Positions 9,268 to 18,493 of a stretch of 64,000 bases of DNA are shown here, one piece after another. The notes beneath the pieces are model-generated. The model searched no databases. It was not told the DNA's origin and worked only from the letters and a program-made list of their open reading frames with translations. The position numbers were made by a program, and so were the translations under genes. Position 1 is the stretch's first letter. Each line of letters opens with the position of its first letter. The DNA is from Myxococcales bacterium (GTDB lineage Bacteria; Myxococcota_A; Polyangia; Polyangiales; DASUME01), in contig JASGJH010000001.1 in the NCBI GenBank assembly GCA_047601445.1, forward strand, positions 6,080,001-6,144,000, read 5' to 3'.

Positions 9268-11100
9268 TCAGGTGCGGCCGAGCTGGCTGAGCGCGGTGCG
9301 CAGGCGGTTCTGCAGGGCGGGGTCCGGCTCCGGCAGAAAGCGGGCGGCGTCCAGGGCGAAGCGGAAGAGCAGGGCGGCGTCGTGGTGGTCGAGTCGTCGC
9401 TGCGCGTGGGTCGCTGCCTTGGTCAGCCAGTCGATCGCGACGCGTGGGTTCCCCTCGGGCAACGCCTGGTAGAGGTGATGGGCGAGCTCGCGGATGCCTT
9501 CGGTACCACGCCAGGGCAAGCTCTCTTCGCAGGCAGCGGCGGCCAGCAGATGAAAGCGCTTCTTGGCCTGCATGCTGAGATCGGCGCGCAAAGTGTCGCG
9601 CACGAGGTCGTGGGAGAAGCGATAGGTATCGACGCCCGGCATCGTCACCACGATGCGCTGGGTGGTGGCCGCGTCGAGGGCCGACAACACCTCGGGTCGC
9701 TCCATGCCCGTGACTCGCTCCAGGTTCTTGGCATCCCAGGTCGACGCGAACACCGATGCGGCCTCGAGTACCTGATAGGCACGCTCGCCCAGGCGCGATA
9801 CCCGGCGTCGCAGCACGTTTCGCACCACCTCGGGCGGTTCGAAGCCCTGCATGTCGTCCAGGGCTTGCTCGTCGATGCGCCCGCTGCCATCCGCGTACTC
9901 TGCCAGCGCCTCGGCGAGCTCGCGCAAGAAGAGCGGGTTGCCTCCGGACTTCATGTGCAGCTTCTTGACTTGTTGCTCGCTGAGCGGATGACCGAGCACG
10001 CGCAGCAAGAGGTCGGCGCTCTCGTTCTCGCTCAAACCGCGCACGTAGATGGACTGACAGCTCGGGTTGCGCGCGAGCTCACCCACGTGCTTTTGAACGG
10101 GCTCGAAGACGGTCAGATCGTCGCGTCCGCGCAAGGTGGCGATCACCAGCACCGACAGCTTCTCCAGCTGCGGTGCCAACAAGCGCAGCACGTTCCACGA
10201 CGCCAGATCGGCGCGGTGCATGTCTTCGAGCACCAACACGCGCAGGCGACTGGCACTCGCGTAGGTAAGCAAGCGCTGCGTGGCATCGAGCATGCGGAAG
10301 GTCGCTCGGTCGTGCTCCTCGGCGCCCTCTGCGCTCGGGCCGGCATCCGGCAACAGCCCCTCGGGAGAACTCACTTCGGTGGCCAAACGCAGGAGGGACT
10401 CGAGGTTGCCGCCTAGCCAATCGCGCACCAGGGGTTCGCCCTCCGAGATGATCGCGCAGCGCACCATCTGCTGCCAGATCCACAGCGTGGGCGTGCCCAC
10501 GCCCTCGGGGCACACACCGCGCCAGAGGTCTGCGTTGAAGCGACGCGCGATCTCCGACACGCGGCTCGCCAGGCGCGTCTTGCCCACACCGGCCTCGCCC
10601 GTCAGCAAGCACACTTGACCCTGGCCGAGCTGCGCGTTGTTCATGCTGATGATCAGGCGTTCGAGCAGGCTCACGCGGCCCACGAAAGAGGCATCCTGGG
10701 GCAGCTCGAGCTCACTCGGTGTCGGGGTGATGGCACGCTCGCCCACGCGAGCGACGGCGCGCTCGCTCACGCGCAACATGGGTCCGCTCGGATGGCGCTG
10801 GATCACCGGCATCGCGAGGCGATAGCCGCGTCCGTGGACCGTCTCGATGGGCGTGCGTTCTCCGCGCTTTTGACCGAGCGCCTTGCGTAGCACGTTGATG
10901 TTCGCGGGTAGCACGGCCTCGGTGACGACCTCCTGCGGCCACAGCGAAGCCAACAGCTCCTGTCGGGTCACCACCCGATCGGCGTGCCGCACGAGATAGA
11001 GGAGGACGTCGAAGACCTTGGGCTCGAGGCCGACGATCTCACCGCACCGACGCAGCTGAAAAAGCTGCGGGTCAAGTACGAATTCCCCGAACGCAAACAC
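9268..11100 (-). CDS. Transcriptional regulator: OmpR/CadC-type winged helix + AAA/STAND ATPase
   Basis: FGEFVLD..LEPKVFDVL..IETVHGRGYR; Walker A GEAGVGKT; Walker B LEDMH; GNPLF; FSHDLVR. Confidence 0.9.
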   Translation of the reverse strand: MFAFGEFVLDPQLFQLRRCGEIVGLEPKVFDVLLYLVRHADRVVTRQELLASLWPQEVVTEAVLPANINVLRKALGQKRGERTPIETVHGRGYRLAMPVIQRHPSGPMLRVSERAVARVGERAITPTPSELELPQDASFVGRVSLLERLIISMNNAQLGQGQVCLLTGEAGVGKTRLASRVSEIARRFNADLWRGVCPEGVGTPTLWIWQQMVRCAIISEGEPLVRDWLGGNLESLLRLATEVSSPEGLLPDAGPSAEGAEEHDRATFRMLDATQRLLTYASASRLRVLVLEDMHRADLASWNVLRLLAPQLEKLSVLVIATLRGRDDLTVFEPVQKHVGELARNPSCQSIYVRGLSENESADLLLRVLGHPLSEQQVKKLHMKSGGNPLFLRELAEALAEYADGSGRIDEQALDDMQGFEPPEVVRNVLRRRVSRLGERAYQVLEAASVFASTWDAKNLERVTGMERPEVLSALDAATTQRIVVTMPGVDTYRFSHDLVRDTLRADLSMQAKKRFHLLAAAACEESLPWRGTEGIRELAHHLYQALPEGNPRVAIDWLTKAATHAQRRLDHHDAALLFRFALDAARFLPEPDPALQNRLRTALSQLGRT

Positions 11101-11146
11101 GCTAGTCCGGAGTCTAAGCGCTTTCGACGAGCAGACGAAGCGCTAC

Positions 11147-13420
11147 TTACAACGGCTTGAGTGACCAGTTGAAACGCACGCGTACCGTCCCAACATCGGG
11201 TTTGATGTCGGAGCGCAAGCGACGCATCACGCCGCTGACGCAGCTCGAGAGTCCAGGCAGGGTCGTCGATTGCACGTTCGCTTCGCGTACCGATCCGGTC
11301 TCGTCGAGCAGCAGTACCACCGACAGCGAGGAGAAGTCGTTGCGTCCCGCCGAGGAGGCCGCTTTCGCGTAGCATTCGCGCACCAGGCTCGTCGAACGCG
11401 AGAGCATGCGCGTGATGACGCCCGTGCCGAGGGAACCATCGGCGCTCAACTCGGCCACGCTCGGTTCGGCACGCAAGGGAAGTTTCACGGGGGGCGCAGG
11501 CGTCGGCTTCGGTGCGCTCGCTGCTGGTGGTGTGGGTTGCGACGGAATCGGTGCGGCGGCGACGTTGATCGGGCGCGTCGTGTCGAGCGTCGGAGCCGGA
11601 GCCGGGGGAGGTGGCGGAGCGGCCGCGGCGACGACGGGTTCGCTCGCGTCATGCGCGACGTGTGAGGGAATCGGGACGGGCTCGCTCGGCGCGGGCTCGG
11701 TGTGCGCGTGGTTGGTCGCGGCGGGCGCAGTCTGTCGGTAGTTCACCCCGAAGCGACCGCGTCCAGAGCGCGTCTCGAAGCCCATGCTGCGCGCGGGCGG
11801 CGCGCTCGGTGTAGCTGGCTCCGATTCGGAGCTATTCCCGGCACCGGGCAGCGCACGCTCGTCCGCTTGCTGGCTGGTGCGCTCGGTGTGGGCCGGAGCC
11901 CGCGCGTGGGCGGGTCTCACCGGCTCGATCGGTGTCGGGGCAACGGGAGGCGCAGCGGCCTGACGCGCGGAGGCCCCGGCGAGCAACGCGGGATCGCCGG
12001 CGCTCGGTGGCGGCGCGTCGACATGAGTCAGACGCAGGCTCACGAATAGCGCGCAGGCGACCAGGGTTCCCACCGCAAGACCGTACTTCTGGCGGTCCAA
12101 TATTTGCGCATAGTGCTGCCATCCTGCGCCCCCTCCGCTGCGGGTGGGCTGCGCCTCCTGGGGGTGCCCCGACGCTGCCATCGTGTCGAGACCGGGTGCC
12201 CCACTGCGCGCGCTCGCCAAAGGTGCCGAGGACGCCCCGGCCGGTGCACCGGATGGCAGCTCCTGCGCGCGCACGCGGGCTCCGGAGTGGGTCGGTACGC
12301 GCGGAAAGCTCGCCGTGCCCTCGGTCCCACCGTCGTCGCCGCTGCGCTGCAGGGCCAGGTTGGCCAGGCGACGCTTGCAGGTGATCTCGTCAGCGAACAG
12401 CTCGCTCATCCACAGCTCGAGCTCGAGCGGACCGAAGGCCAGGTGATTCATGCGACAGAAGCTCATCAGGTCGCGTCCCAGCTCCCGTGCGGTCGGATAG
12501 CGTTCGTCGAGCTCGCGTGCGAGGGCGCGCATCACGATCTCGTCGAGCTCGGCGGGCAAGCGCGGGTCGACCTGACTCGGCGGGCGAATCGGATCCACCA
12601 TCACGCTCATCAGCGTGTCGGCCTGGGTGGGGCGCTGAAACAGGCGCTCCTGGGTGAGGCCTTCCCATAGACACACGCCCAGTGACCACACGTCCGCGCG
12701 CCGATCGATCTCGGACTGACGCACCTGCTCCGGCGCCATGTACGCGAACTTGCCCTTGATCACGCCGGTCGCCGTGTGCTGCAAGCGATTGGCTGCGCGC
12801 GCGATGCCGAAGTCCACCACGCTGACGTTGCCGTCGTAGGTCACGAACAGGTTGTGGGGAGACACGTCGCGGTGCACCACTTGCAAGGCTTGCCCGTCGA
12901 GACCGAGTGTCTCGTGGGCCGCGTGCAGGCCCTCGCAGGCATCCGCGATCACCTGGCTCACGTATCCCAGATGGTCGGTGCGCGGCCGTCCCTGCTTGGC
13001 CAGGCTCTTGAGGCGCATGTTGATCTCGCGCAGGGTTTGCCCAGCGAGATACTCCATGGCGATGAAGTACGAGCCGTCGCACTCGCCGAAGTCGAACACG
13101 CTGCACACGTTGCGATGACAGATCGACGACGCAATGCGCGCCTCGTCGAGGAACATGCCCACGAAGGAGTCCTCGAGCGCGAGGTTCGGGTGGATGACCT
13201 TGAGCGCTACCAGCTTGTCGAGTCCATCGACCACCGCGAGGTAGAGCTTGGCCATGCCACCCGAGGCGATTTCACGCACGATGCGGTAGCGCCCGAGGCG
13301 TGGGGGAATCGGCCCGGTGAGCAGCGGTGGCGAAGGCGCCCGCTCGTCCTGACCGTCCTGGGGAGAGCCTTGACGCTCGTCAGGAGCGCGCAGCTCGCGA
13401 CTATCGGCATTGCCCATCAC
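11147..13420 (-). CDS. Membrane Ser/Thr protein kinase with Pro-rich linker and AgmX/TonB-C-like periplasmic domain
   Basis: ASGGMA, VALK, HRDVSPHN, DFG, APE; TM helix; C-terminal Cys pair (ECY...SCV). Confidence 0.9.
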   Translation of the reverse strand: MMGNADSRELRAPDERQGSPQDGQDERAPSPPLLTGPIPPRLGRYRIVREIASGGMAKLYLAVVDGLDKLVALKVIHPNLALEDSFVGMFLDEARIASSICHRNVCSVFDFGECDGSYFIAMEYLAGQTLREINMRLKSLAKQGRPRTDHLGYVSQVIADACEGLHAAHETLGLDGQALQVVHRDVSPHNLFVTYDGNVSVVDFGIARAANRLQHTATGVIKGKFAYMAPEQVRQSEIDRRADVWSLGVCLWEGLTQERLFQRPTQADTLMSVMVDPIRPPSQVDPRLPAELDEIVMRALARELDERYPTARELGRDLMSFCRMNHLAFGPLELELWMSELFADEITCKRRLANLALQRSGDDGGTEGTASFPRVPTHSGARVRAQELPSGAPAGASSAPLASARSGAPGLDTMAASGHPQEAQPTRSGGGAGWQHYAQILDRQKYGLAVGTLVACALFVSLRLTHVDAPPPSAGDPALLAGASARQAAAPPVAPTPIEPVRPAHARAPAHTERTSQQADERALPGAGNSSESEPATPSAPPARSMGFETRSGRGRFGVNYRQTAPAATNHAHTEPAPSEPVPIPSHVAHDASEPVVAAAAPPPPPAPAPTLDTTRPINVAAAPIPSQPTPPAASAPKPTPAPPVKLPLRAEPSVAELSADGSLGTGVITRMLSRSTSLVRECYAKAASSAGRNDFSSLSVVLLLDETGSVREANVQSTTLPGLSSCVSGVMRRLRSDIKPDVGTVRVRFNWSLKPL

Positions 13421-13431
13421 TCACCTCCCCT

Positions 13432-14601
13432 TCACAGCACCGCCACCACCCCGAGGGTGGCGGCGATCTCGTTCGAGAAATCACTGAAGTCGTAGTACTC
13501 GCCCGCCAGTTTCAGACGCACGCCATGCCCGAGCGTGAGGTCGAGCCCCAGCGTGTAGCGCAGCACCGCGCTGACCTTGCGCAGTGGGCTCGTCACCGGC
13601 ACGTTGCCCAGTCGCCGCAGACCGTCGAAGCGTCCCACCAGCTCGAGCCGCTTGAACAGCGGGATCAAGCCCTCCACGTAGAAGCCGTCCTTGACCATGT
13701 AACGGGCGTACTTGCCGTTCTTGCCCGGGCCGTACTTGAAGCGCGTGTCCGGGTCCTCTCCCAGGCTCATCTCGGTGCGCCGCACGAGGTACTCGCCGCG
13801 CAGCTGGAAGGAACCCAGGCGTGCATAGAAGTCGACGCCTCCCAGCTCGTACATCAGCTTGTGATCGGGATCGTAGAAGCCGTACATCCCCGAGGCCCCC
13901 AACGTGAACGAAGCCTCCGAGCCCAGGTCCAGCGTGCCCGCCACACGCCCGCCGTAGGTGGGTCGCGAGTTGTTGTCGATCACGTAGAAGCTCGAGCCGC
14001 GCGACTGTGTGAAGTCGATGTCGAAGCCCTCGTTGTCGCCGCGTAGCCCGCCCACCGCGTAGGCCGCGTAGTCGAGCTGGAACGAGAGCCCGAACCAGTG
14101 CGTTCCCGAGACCTCGATGCCGTTGTCGACATAGGGAGCGGGGAGCACACCCATATTCCACTCGCGCAGGCGGATCATGCGGCCCATGTCGTAGGGCAAG
14201 GGCTTGTCCACAGTGCGGTGGTTGGCCGGGTCGTGGCGCAGGGGGAACTCGCCGAACGCGGGCGTGAAGCGCCCCACGCGGAAGCGCAGCTCGTCGCTCA
14301 CGCTGAGATCGATGTACGCCATGCCCAGCTCGAAGCCATGGCAGCCGTAACACAGCTTCACGTTGGTGGAGACGTGCTCGTTGAAGTCCACCGCCAGCTT
14401 GAGGCTCAGCTCGGTGGTGAAGCCATCGAGTGCGCGCTTGCGCGCTTCGATGCTGGGATCGTTGACGTACAGGTAGCCGGCCTGGATCGAGCCGGCGAAG
14501 TTGCGATCCTGCCCCCGCGCCCGCGGCAACAGCAGGGCGAGTAGTGCCACGCTCAGGAGGCCCGCCACCACACCGAGTAAGCCGCGCTGTTCATGCTTCA
14601 C
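13432..14601 (-). CDS. Outer-membrane beta-barrel (porin O/P-like) with a CYGCH motif
   Basis: Signal peptide; RVGRFTPAFG, DNN....GGR; aromatic-rich alternating strands. Confidence 0.75.
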   Translation of the reverse strand: MKHEQRGLLGVVAGLLSVALLALLLPRARGQDRNFAGSIQAGYLYVNDPSIEARKRALDGFTTELSLKLAVDFNEHVSTNVKLCYGCHGFELGMAYIDLSVSDELRFRVGRFTPAFGEFPLRHDPANHRTVDKPLPYDMGRMIRLREWNMGVLPAPYVDNGIEVSGTHWFGLSFQLDYAAYAVGGLRGDNEGFDIDFTQSRGSSFYVIDNNSRPTYGGRVAGTLDLGSEASFTLGASGMYGFYDPDHKLMYELGGVDFYARLGSFQLRGEYLVRRTEMSLGEDPDTRFKYGPGKNGKYARYMVKDGFYVEGLIPLFKRLELVGRFDGLRRLGNVPVTSPLRKVSAVLRYTLGLDLTLGHGVRLKLAGEYYDFSDFSNEIAATLGVVAVL

Positions 14602-15005
14602 GGCTTCGCCTCCTTGATTGCCTGTTCGACTGCCTGCTTGCGCTCGCTCTCAGCCTGTTCGCGCTCGTTCTCGGCCTGCTCGGCGCGCACGCGCTCCTGG
14701 GTATGCCAGTGCAAAAAGCGCAAGATGCTCGGCGCTTCGGCGGGGCTGATGCCGCTACCCGGCGTGCGCGCCATGCGCGCGACGTAGCGGTTCCAGTGCT
14801 CCACCCGCGTGATCGGAGCGTTGAGCGCGCGCGCCAGCTGGTGGCACTTGCTGCAGTTCACCGCGAAGCACTCGAAGTCCAGCTTGAGCTCGGGCGGGAT
14901 CTTGGTCTGCTCGAGGTACACGCTGGCCTGCTGCGCGGGCGTGGTGCAGCCCACGCAAGACAGACACAGGCCCAACAGGAGAGGGGCGAGGGGCTCAATT
15001 GTCAC
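14598..15005 (-). CDS. Small lipoprotein monoheme cytochrome c
   Basis: CSKCH; W..YV.RM distal Met motif; lipobox-like VGC. Confidence 0.75.
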   Translation of the reverse strand: MTIEPLAPLLLGLCLSCVGCTTPAQQASVYLEQTKIPPELKLDFECFAVNCSKCHQLARALNAPITRVEHWNRYVARMARTPGSGISPAEAPSILRFLHWHTQERVRAEQAENEREQAESERKQAVEQAIKEAKP

Positions 15006-15441
15006 GGGCGCCCTCCGCGATCCAGTCGTGGAGCAGGTCGCGCTCCTCGCGCGACAGATACGGTCCGAAGGTCGGCATGCGCACGCCGAAGGGCGGGGAT
15101 TCGCTGACCTTCTGCACGATGATGCTGTCGCAGGGCATCTTCGGGACCACGATCTTGTCGCCGGAGTTGGCCCCGCCGCGGCGCACCTTGGCGTAGTTCT
15201 CGACGCTGAAGCCCACCAGGTCGATGGCCGAGCCGCCCTTCCTGGGGTCGTGGCAGCTGCAGTTCATCTCGAGAATCGGCGCGATATCGGCTTCGAAGGA
15301 GATCTCTTCGTCGGGGTGCTTGTCGTCGTTCTTGCACACGCCGGCGGTCAACTCGCCCACGTCGGGCTCGTAGCTGTCGAGGCAGCCCGCGAGCCCTCCC
15401 GACAGCACCCATGGCAGAAACCAAAGCGCGCCACGTTTCAT
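14995..15441 (-). CDS. Lipoprotein, planctomycete-type cytochrome c domain
   Basis: LAGC; ISFEADIAPIL..NCSCH; RMP; WIAEGA. Confidence 0.75.
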   Translation of the reverse strand: MKRGALWFLPWVLSGGLAGCLDSYEPDVGELTAGVCKNDDKHPDEEISFEADIAPILEMNCSCHDPRKGGSAIDLVGFSVENYAKVRRGGANSGDKIVVPKMPCDSIIVQKVSESPPFGVRMPTFGPYLSREERDLLHDWIAEGARDN

Positions 15442-16382
15442 GGCACCTCCACGCTGGGCAGCTGCTGCGGCCGGTTGACCGTGTTTCCGCTGGCCTTGGC
15501 GCTCACCACTTCCGGCGCGGCGGGCTTCGGCGTGCCCTTGTCATCCAGCGTCACCAGCGCGCTCTCGCGGTCGAACAGCGTGAGGTCGGTGCCCGCCTTC
15601 ATGGTCACGGCGATGACCTTCCACGCCGGCGCGTAGCTCGGGTTGCGTTGACCGTCTGCTCCGATCAACGCCTGCGCGAACACCACGCGCTCGATCTTCA
15701 TGCTGCCCTCGAACGAGAGCTCGTACACGTTCTTGGCGGCGATGCGCTTGTCCACGAATGGGAAGCGCCCTTCTTGCGGCTCCGACGACACGCAGTCGAA
15801 CAGCAGGTCATCCACGTAGACTTGACGGCCGCTCAAGCCAGGGCCGGGCATCTCGCCCAGGGCCACCATGTGCACGTCGAGCCACTCGGTGGGGTCGTTG
15901 GGTTCGCGCACCAAGCCCAGGTCGATGGCATCGCTCAGCGCCGCAGTCGACGCGATGATCTCGCCAGCATAGTCATCGGTCACGCACACCGCGTACAGCG
16001 CGCGGAAGGGGGTGTAGTCGGGGGCGCCCGGGATCGCGTCGGAAAGCCACGGGTGATCGAGGGCTCCACCGGGCAATGGTGCGCGATGCTCCCCACAGCG
16101 CGTGAGGAAGTACGTGGGTGCGATCGTGCCCTTGGCGACGCCGAGATCCCAGTACTTCACGCCCTGGCCATCCGCGAAGCCCGACTTGAGCGGGATCGGG
16201 CCCGCTTCGAGCCCGTCGTTCATGTCGACTTTGTGATTGGCTTCGTAGTCGTCGCGCGCAGCTTGCACGCGCGCGTCCGGTGGCAGGACGTAGCGACTGT
16301 AACCCGGCTTGTCACTCGCCAGAGGTCCGAGGCAACCACCAAGCGCACCAAGGCAAAAGAGGTGCGTCACGCAACGCTGCAT
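15438..16382 (-). CDS. Hypothetical lipoprotein
   Basis: LGGC lipobox; two YxP(F/A)-type segments; overlaps next gene by 4 nt. Confidence 0.75.
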   Translation of the reverse strand: MQRCVTHLFCLGALGGCLGPLASDKPGYSRYVLPPDARVQAARDDYEANHKVDMNDGLEAGPIPLKSGFADGQGVKYWDLGVAKGTIAPTYFLTRCGEHRAPLPGGALDHPWLSDAIPGAPDYTPFRALYAVCVTDDYAGEIIASTAALSDAIDLGLVREPNDPTEWLDVHMVALGEMPGPGLSGRQVYVDDLLFDCVSSEPQEGRFPFVDKRIAAKNVYELSFEGSMKIERVVFAQALIGADGQRNPSYAPAWKVIAVTMKAGTDLTLFDRESALVTLDDKGTPKPAAPEVVSAKASGNTVNRPQQLPSVEVP

Positions 16383-16684
16383 GCATCCCCCTCGAAAACT
16401 GCGTCCGAGACTCGCGCCAGTATCCGCGGCCGAACGCCGAAACCAGCGCGCTTTTCGAGTCCCCTAGAAAATCACTAGAACTGTGCGATGCGCGGACAAC
16501 TGCGCTTGCTCGCGCTGCCAGAGCACGCGCACTTGCGTGAGTGCAGCGGCTGTTATCAGGGATTTCTAGTGATTTCGTGACCAGCATAGGCACGCACCAA
16601 AGGCCTGGTTAGTCTCGGTCTCGCAGCGCGCTCCCTCGTCCACCGAGCTCCCGTGCGTTGCGTGCAATCCACCCGGAGGTCCCC

Positions 16685-17107
16685 ATGCGTTCACACGCTC
16701 AAGTGCTCGCGCTCGGTTGTTTGCTTGCAGGCTGTGGTTCGAGCGCATCGCAGGAAGGCGCGGTGGAGAGCTTCTCGGCGCTCCATCAGGACGTCTTCGT
16801 GCAAGGGGGCTGCGTCAAGTGCCACGACTCCGATGGACCTGCGGGGCTCGACCTCAGCACGCCTGAGCTGGCGTACCACGGGCTCGTCGGCGCGCGCGCG
16901 CAGGGCACGAAGTGCGCACCGAGCGGCAGCATGCGCGTGGCACCAGGCGACTCGAGCGCGAGCTTGCTGATCCACAAGCTCGAGGGCCACGACGCCGCCA
17001 ATCAACCGGTGTGCGGCAAGCCGATGCCACAGATGGAGCGCCTGGCGAGCGACGAGATCGAGCGAGTGCGGCTGTGGATCGACGACGGAGCCGAGTCGGA
17101 TCTCTAG
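16685..17107 (+). CDS. Lipoprotein planctomycete-type cytochrome c
   Basis: GGAGG RBS; LAGC; CVKCH; PGDSSASLL..KL; MP; WIDDGA. Confidence 0.85.
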   Translation: MRSHAQVLALGCLLAGCGSSASQEGAVESFSALHQDVFVQGGCVKCHDSDGPAGLDLSTPELAYHGLVGARAQGTKCAPSGSMRVAPGDSSASLLIHKLEGHDAANQPVCGKPMPQMERLASDEIERVRLWIDDGAESDL

Positions 17108-17119
17108 TATCGCTCGGGC

Positions 17120-18244
17120 CTAAAACAGCCCGTCGTTGGTCTCCCAATCGAAGTCGTAGCGAGCCACCGCGTCGGGGCGCACGAAGGTTCCGCAGTCGCT
17201 GTTGCGCACGTAGAACGCCTTGCGCTGTGCCGAGTAGGTGAGCTCGTCGGGTTCGAATGGGAGCTCGACGCTCACGCGCTTCCAGCTCTTGCCCAGATCA
17301 TCCGACACCAGTACGCCATCGTTCCCCAACGCCGCGATGCGGCCATCCGGCAGGAGCACCGGCGACAGACCCTTGAGCATGTGCTTCGGCGTGACCTCTT
17401 CCCAGGTCAGACCTTCGTCCATGCTGTGCATGAGCGAGCCGGCAGCAGTGGGCCAAAAGATGCCCGACTTGGGCGTGGCCAGCGGGGGCATCACGCCGCC
17501 CGTTCCGTCCACCATGGTCCAGGTCGACCCGGAGTCGGCGGAGCGGAAGATGCCATCGCCCGTGAAGCTGCAACCCACCAGGTAGGTGGTGGCGTTGACG
17601 ATGAGGGGCCGCGTGCAAGAGAGGACGGGTGGCAGGCCGGCGCCGACGTCACTCCAGGTCTTGCCGCTGTCTTCCGAGCGCATCAGCGTCTGCGCCCGTT
17701 CGTGACTCCCCACCAACATCACCTTTTGCTCGGGATCGGCGAAGTCCACCGTGAGTAGGTCGTTGTGCCGCACGTCGCCGAGGGGCGTGAGCAGCCCACC
17801 GTTGTTGTGGGTCTCGTAGACGCCCTGTCCGCTATAAATGACGGTAATCCACCAGTGCATCGGGTCATTCGGGTCGAACAGGAACGACACCACGCCGCCC
17901 GGAATCTTGGCCCCACCCGGCGCGAGGTTCGCTTGCTCCCAAGTCGCCCCTCCGTCGCGCGAGTAGAACACGCCGGTGTCCTGCACCCCCACGAGCAAGA
18001 GGTCCTCGTCGGGCTTGGCCACGATGGCGCTCAAGTTGCCGCAGGCGGAGGGCAGGTTGGCCAGATTGTTGGTGACGTTCACCCAGGTGCCGGTCGGCTG
18101 CGGCCCCATCATGGGCCCGCCGTCGGAGCCGGCGTCGCCCAGGGCCGCGTCGCCTGCGTACCAGTCGGGCGCATCGAACTTCCGATCGCAGCCCACCAGC
18201 GTGAGGAGCAGAAAGACGGCTTGGAGTCGCGTGCTGAGGCTCAC
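17120..18244 (-). CDS. BNR/Asp-box beta-propeller lipoprotein
   Basis: LVGC; repeated S.D.G.TW boxes. Confidence 0.8.
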   Translation of the reverse strand: MSLSTRLQAVFLLLTLVGCDRKFDAPDWYAGDAALGDAGSDGGPMMGPQPTGTWVNVTNNLANLPSACGNLSAIVAKPDEDLLLVGVQDTGVFYSRDGGATWEQANLAPGGAKIPGGVVSFLFDPNDPMHWWITVIYSGQGVYETHNNGGLLTPLGDVRHNDLLTVDFADPEQKVMLVGSHERAQTLMRSEDSGKTWSDVGAGLPPVLSCTRPLIVNATTYLVGCSFTGDGIFRSADSGSTWTMVDGTGGVMPPLATPKSGIFWPTAAGSLMHSMDEGLTWEEVTPKHMLKGLSPVLLPDGRIAALGNDGVLVSDDLGKSWKRVSVELPFEPDELTYSAQRKAFYVRNSDCGTFVRPDAVARYDFDWETNDGLF

Positions 18245-18493
18245 CTGGGCTCCCGGGGACGGCTAAAGCGTGACCGTATGGCCATAGCGCTCGCCAAGAA
18301 CGCCATCAAGTCTGTGGTGTCCCCAGTTTCTGGGTTCACGGGGCCTTTGCTTTAGGGCCTTCGCACCCTATCTTGCGTGGGGGGCGCTGTCGCCCGCGCG
18401 GGGCGACGGTGGCCAGGCTTGCCACTGCGACCCGGCTTTCGAGAGGCCTGCAGCGGATCGATGAGTGTCATGTACGCGATGATGCCTTGGGTG

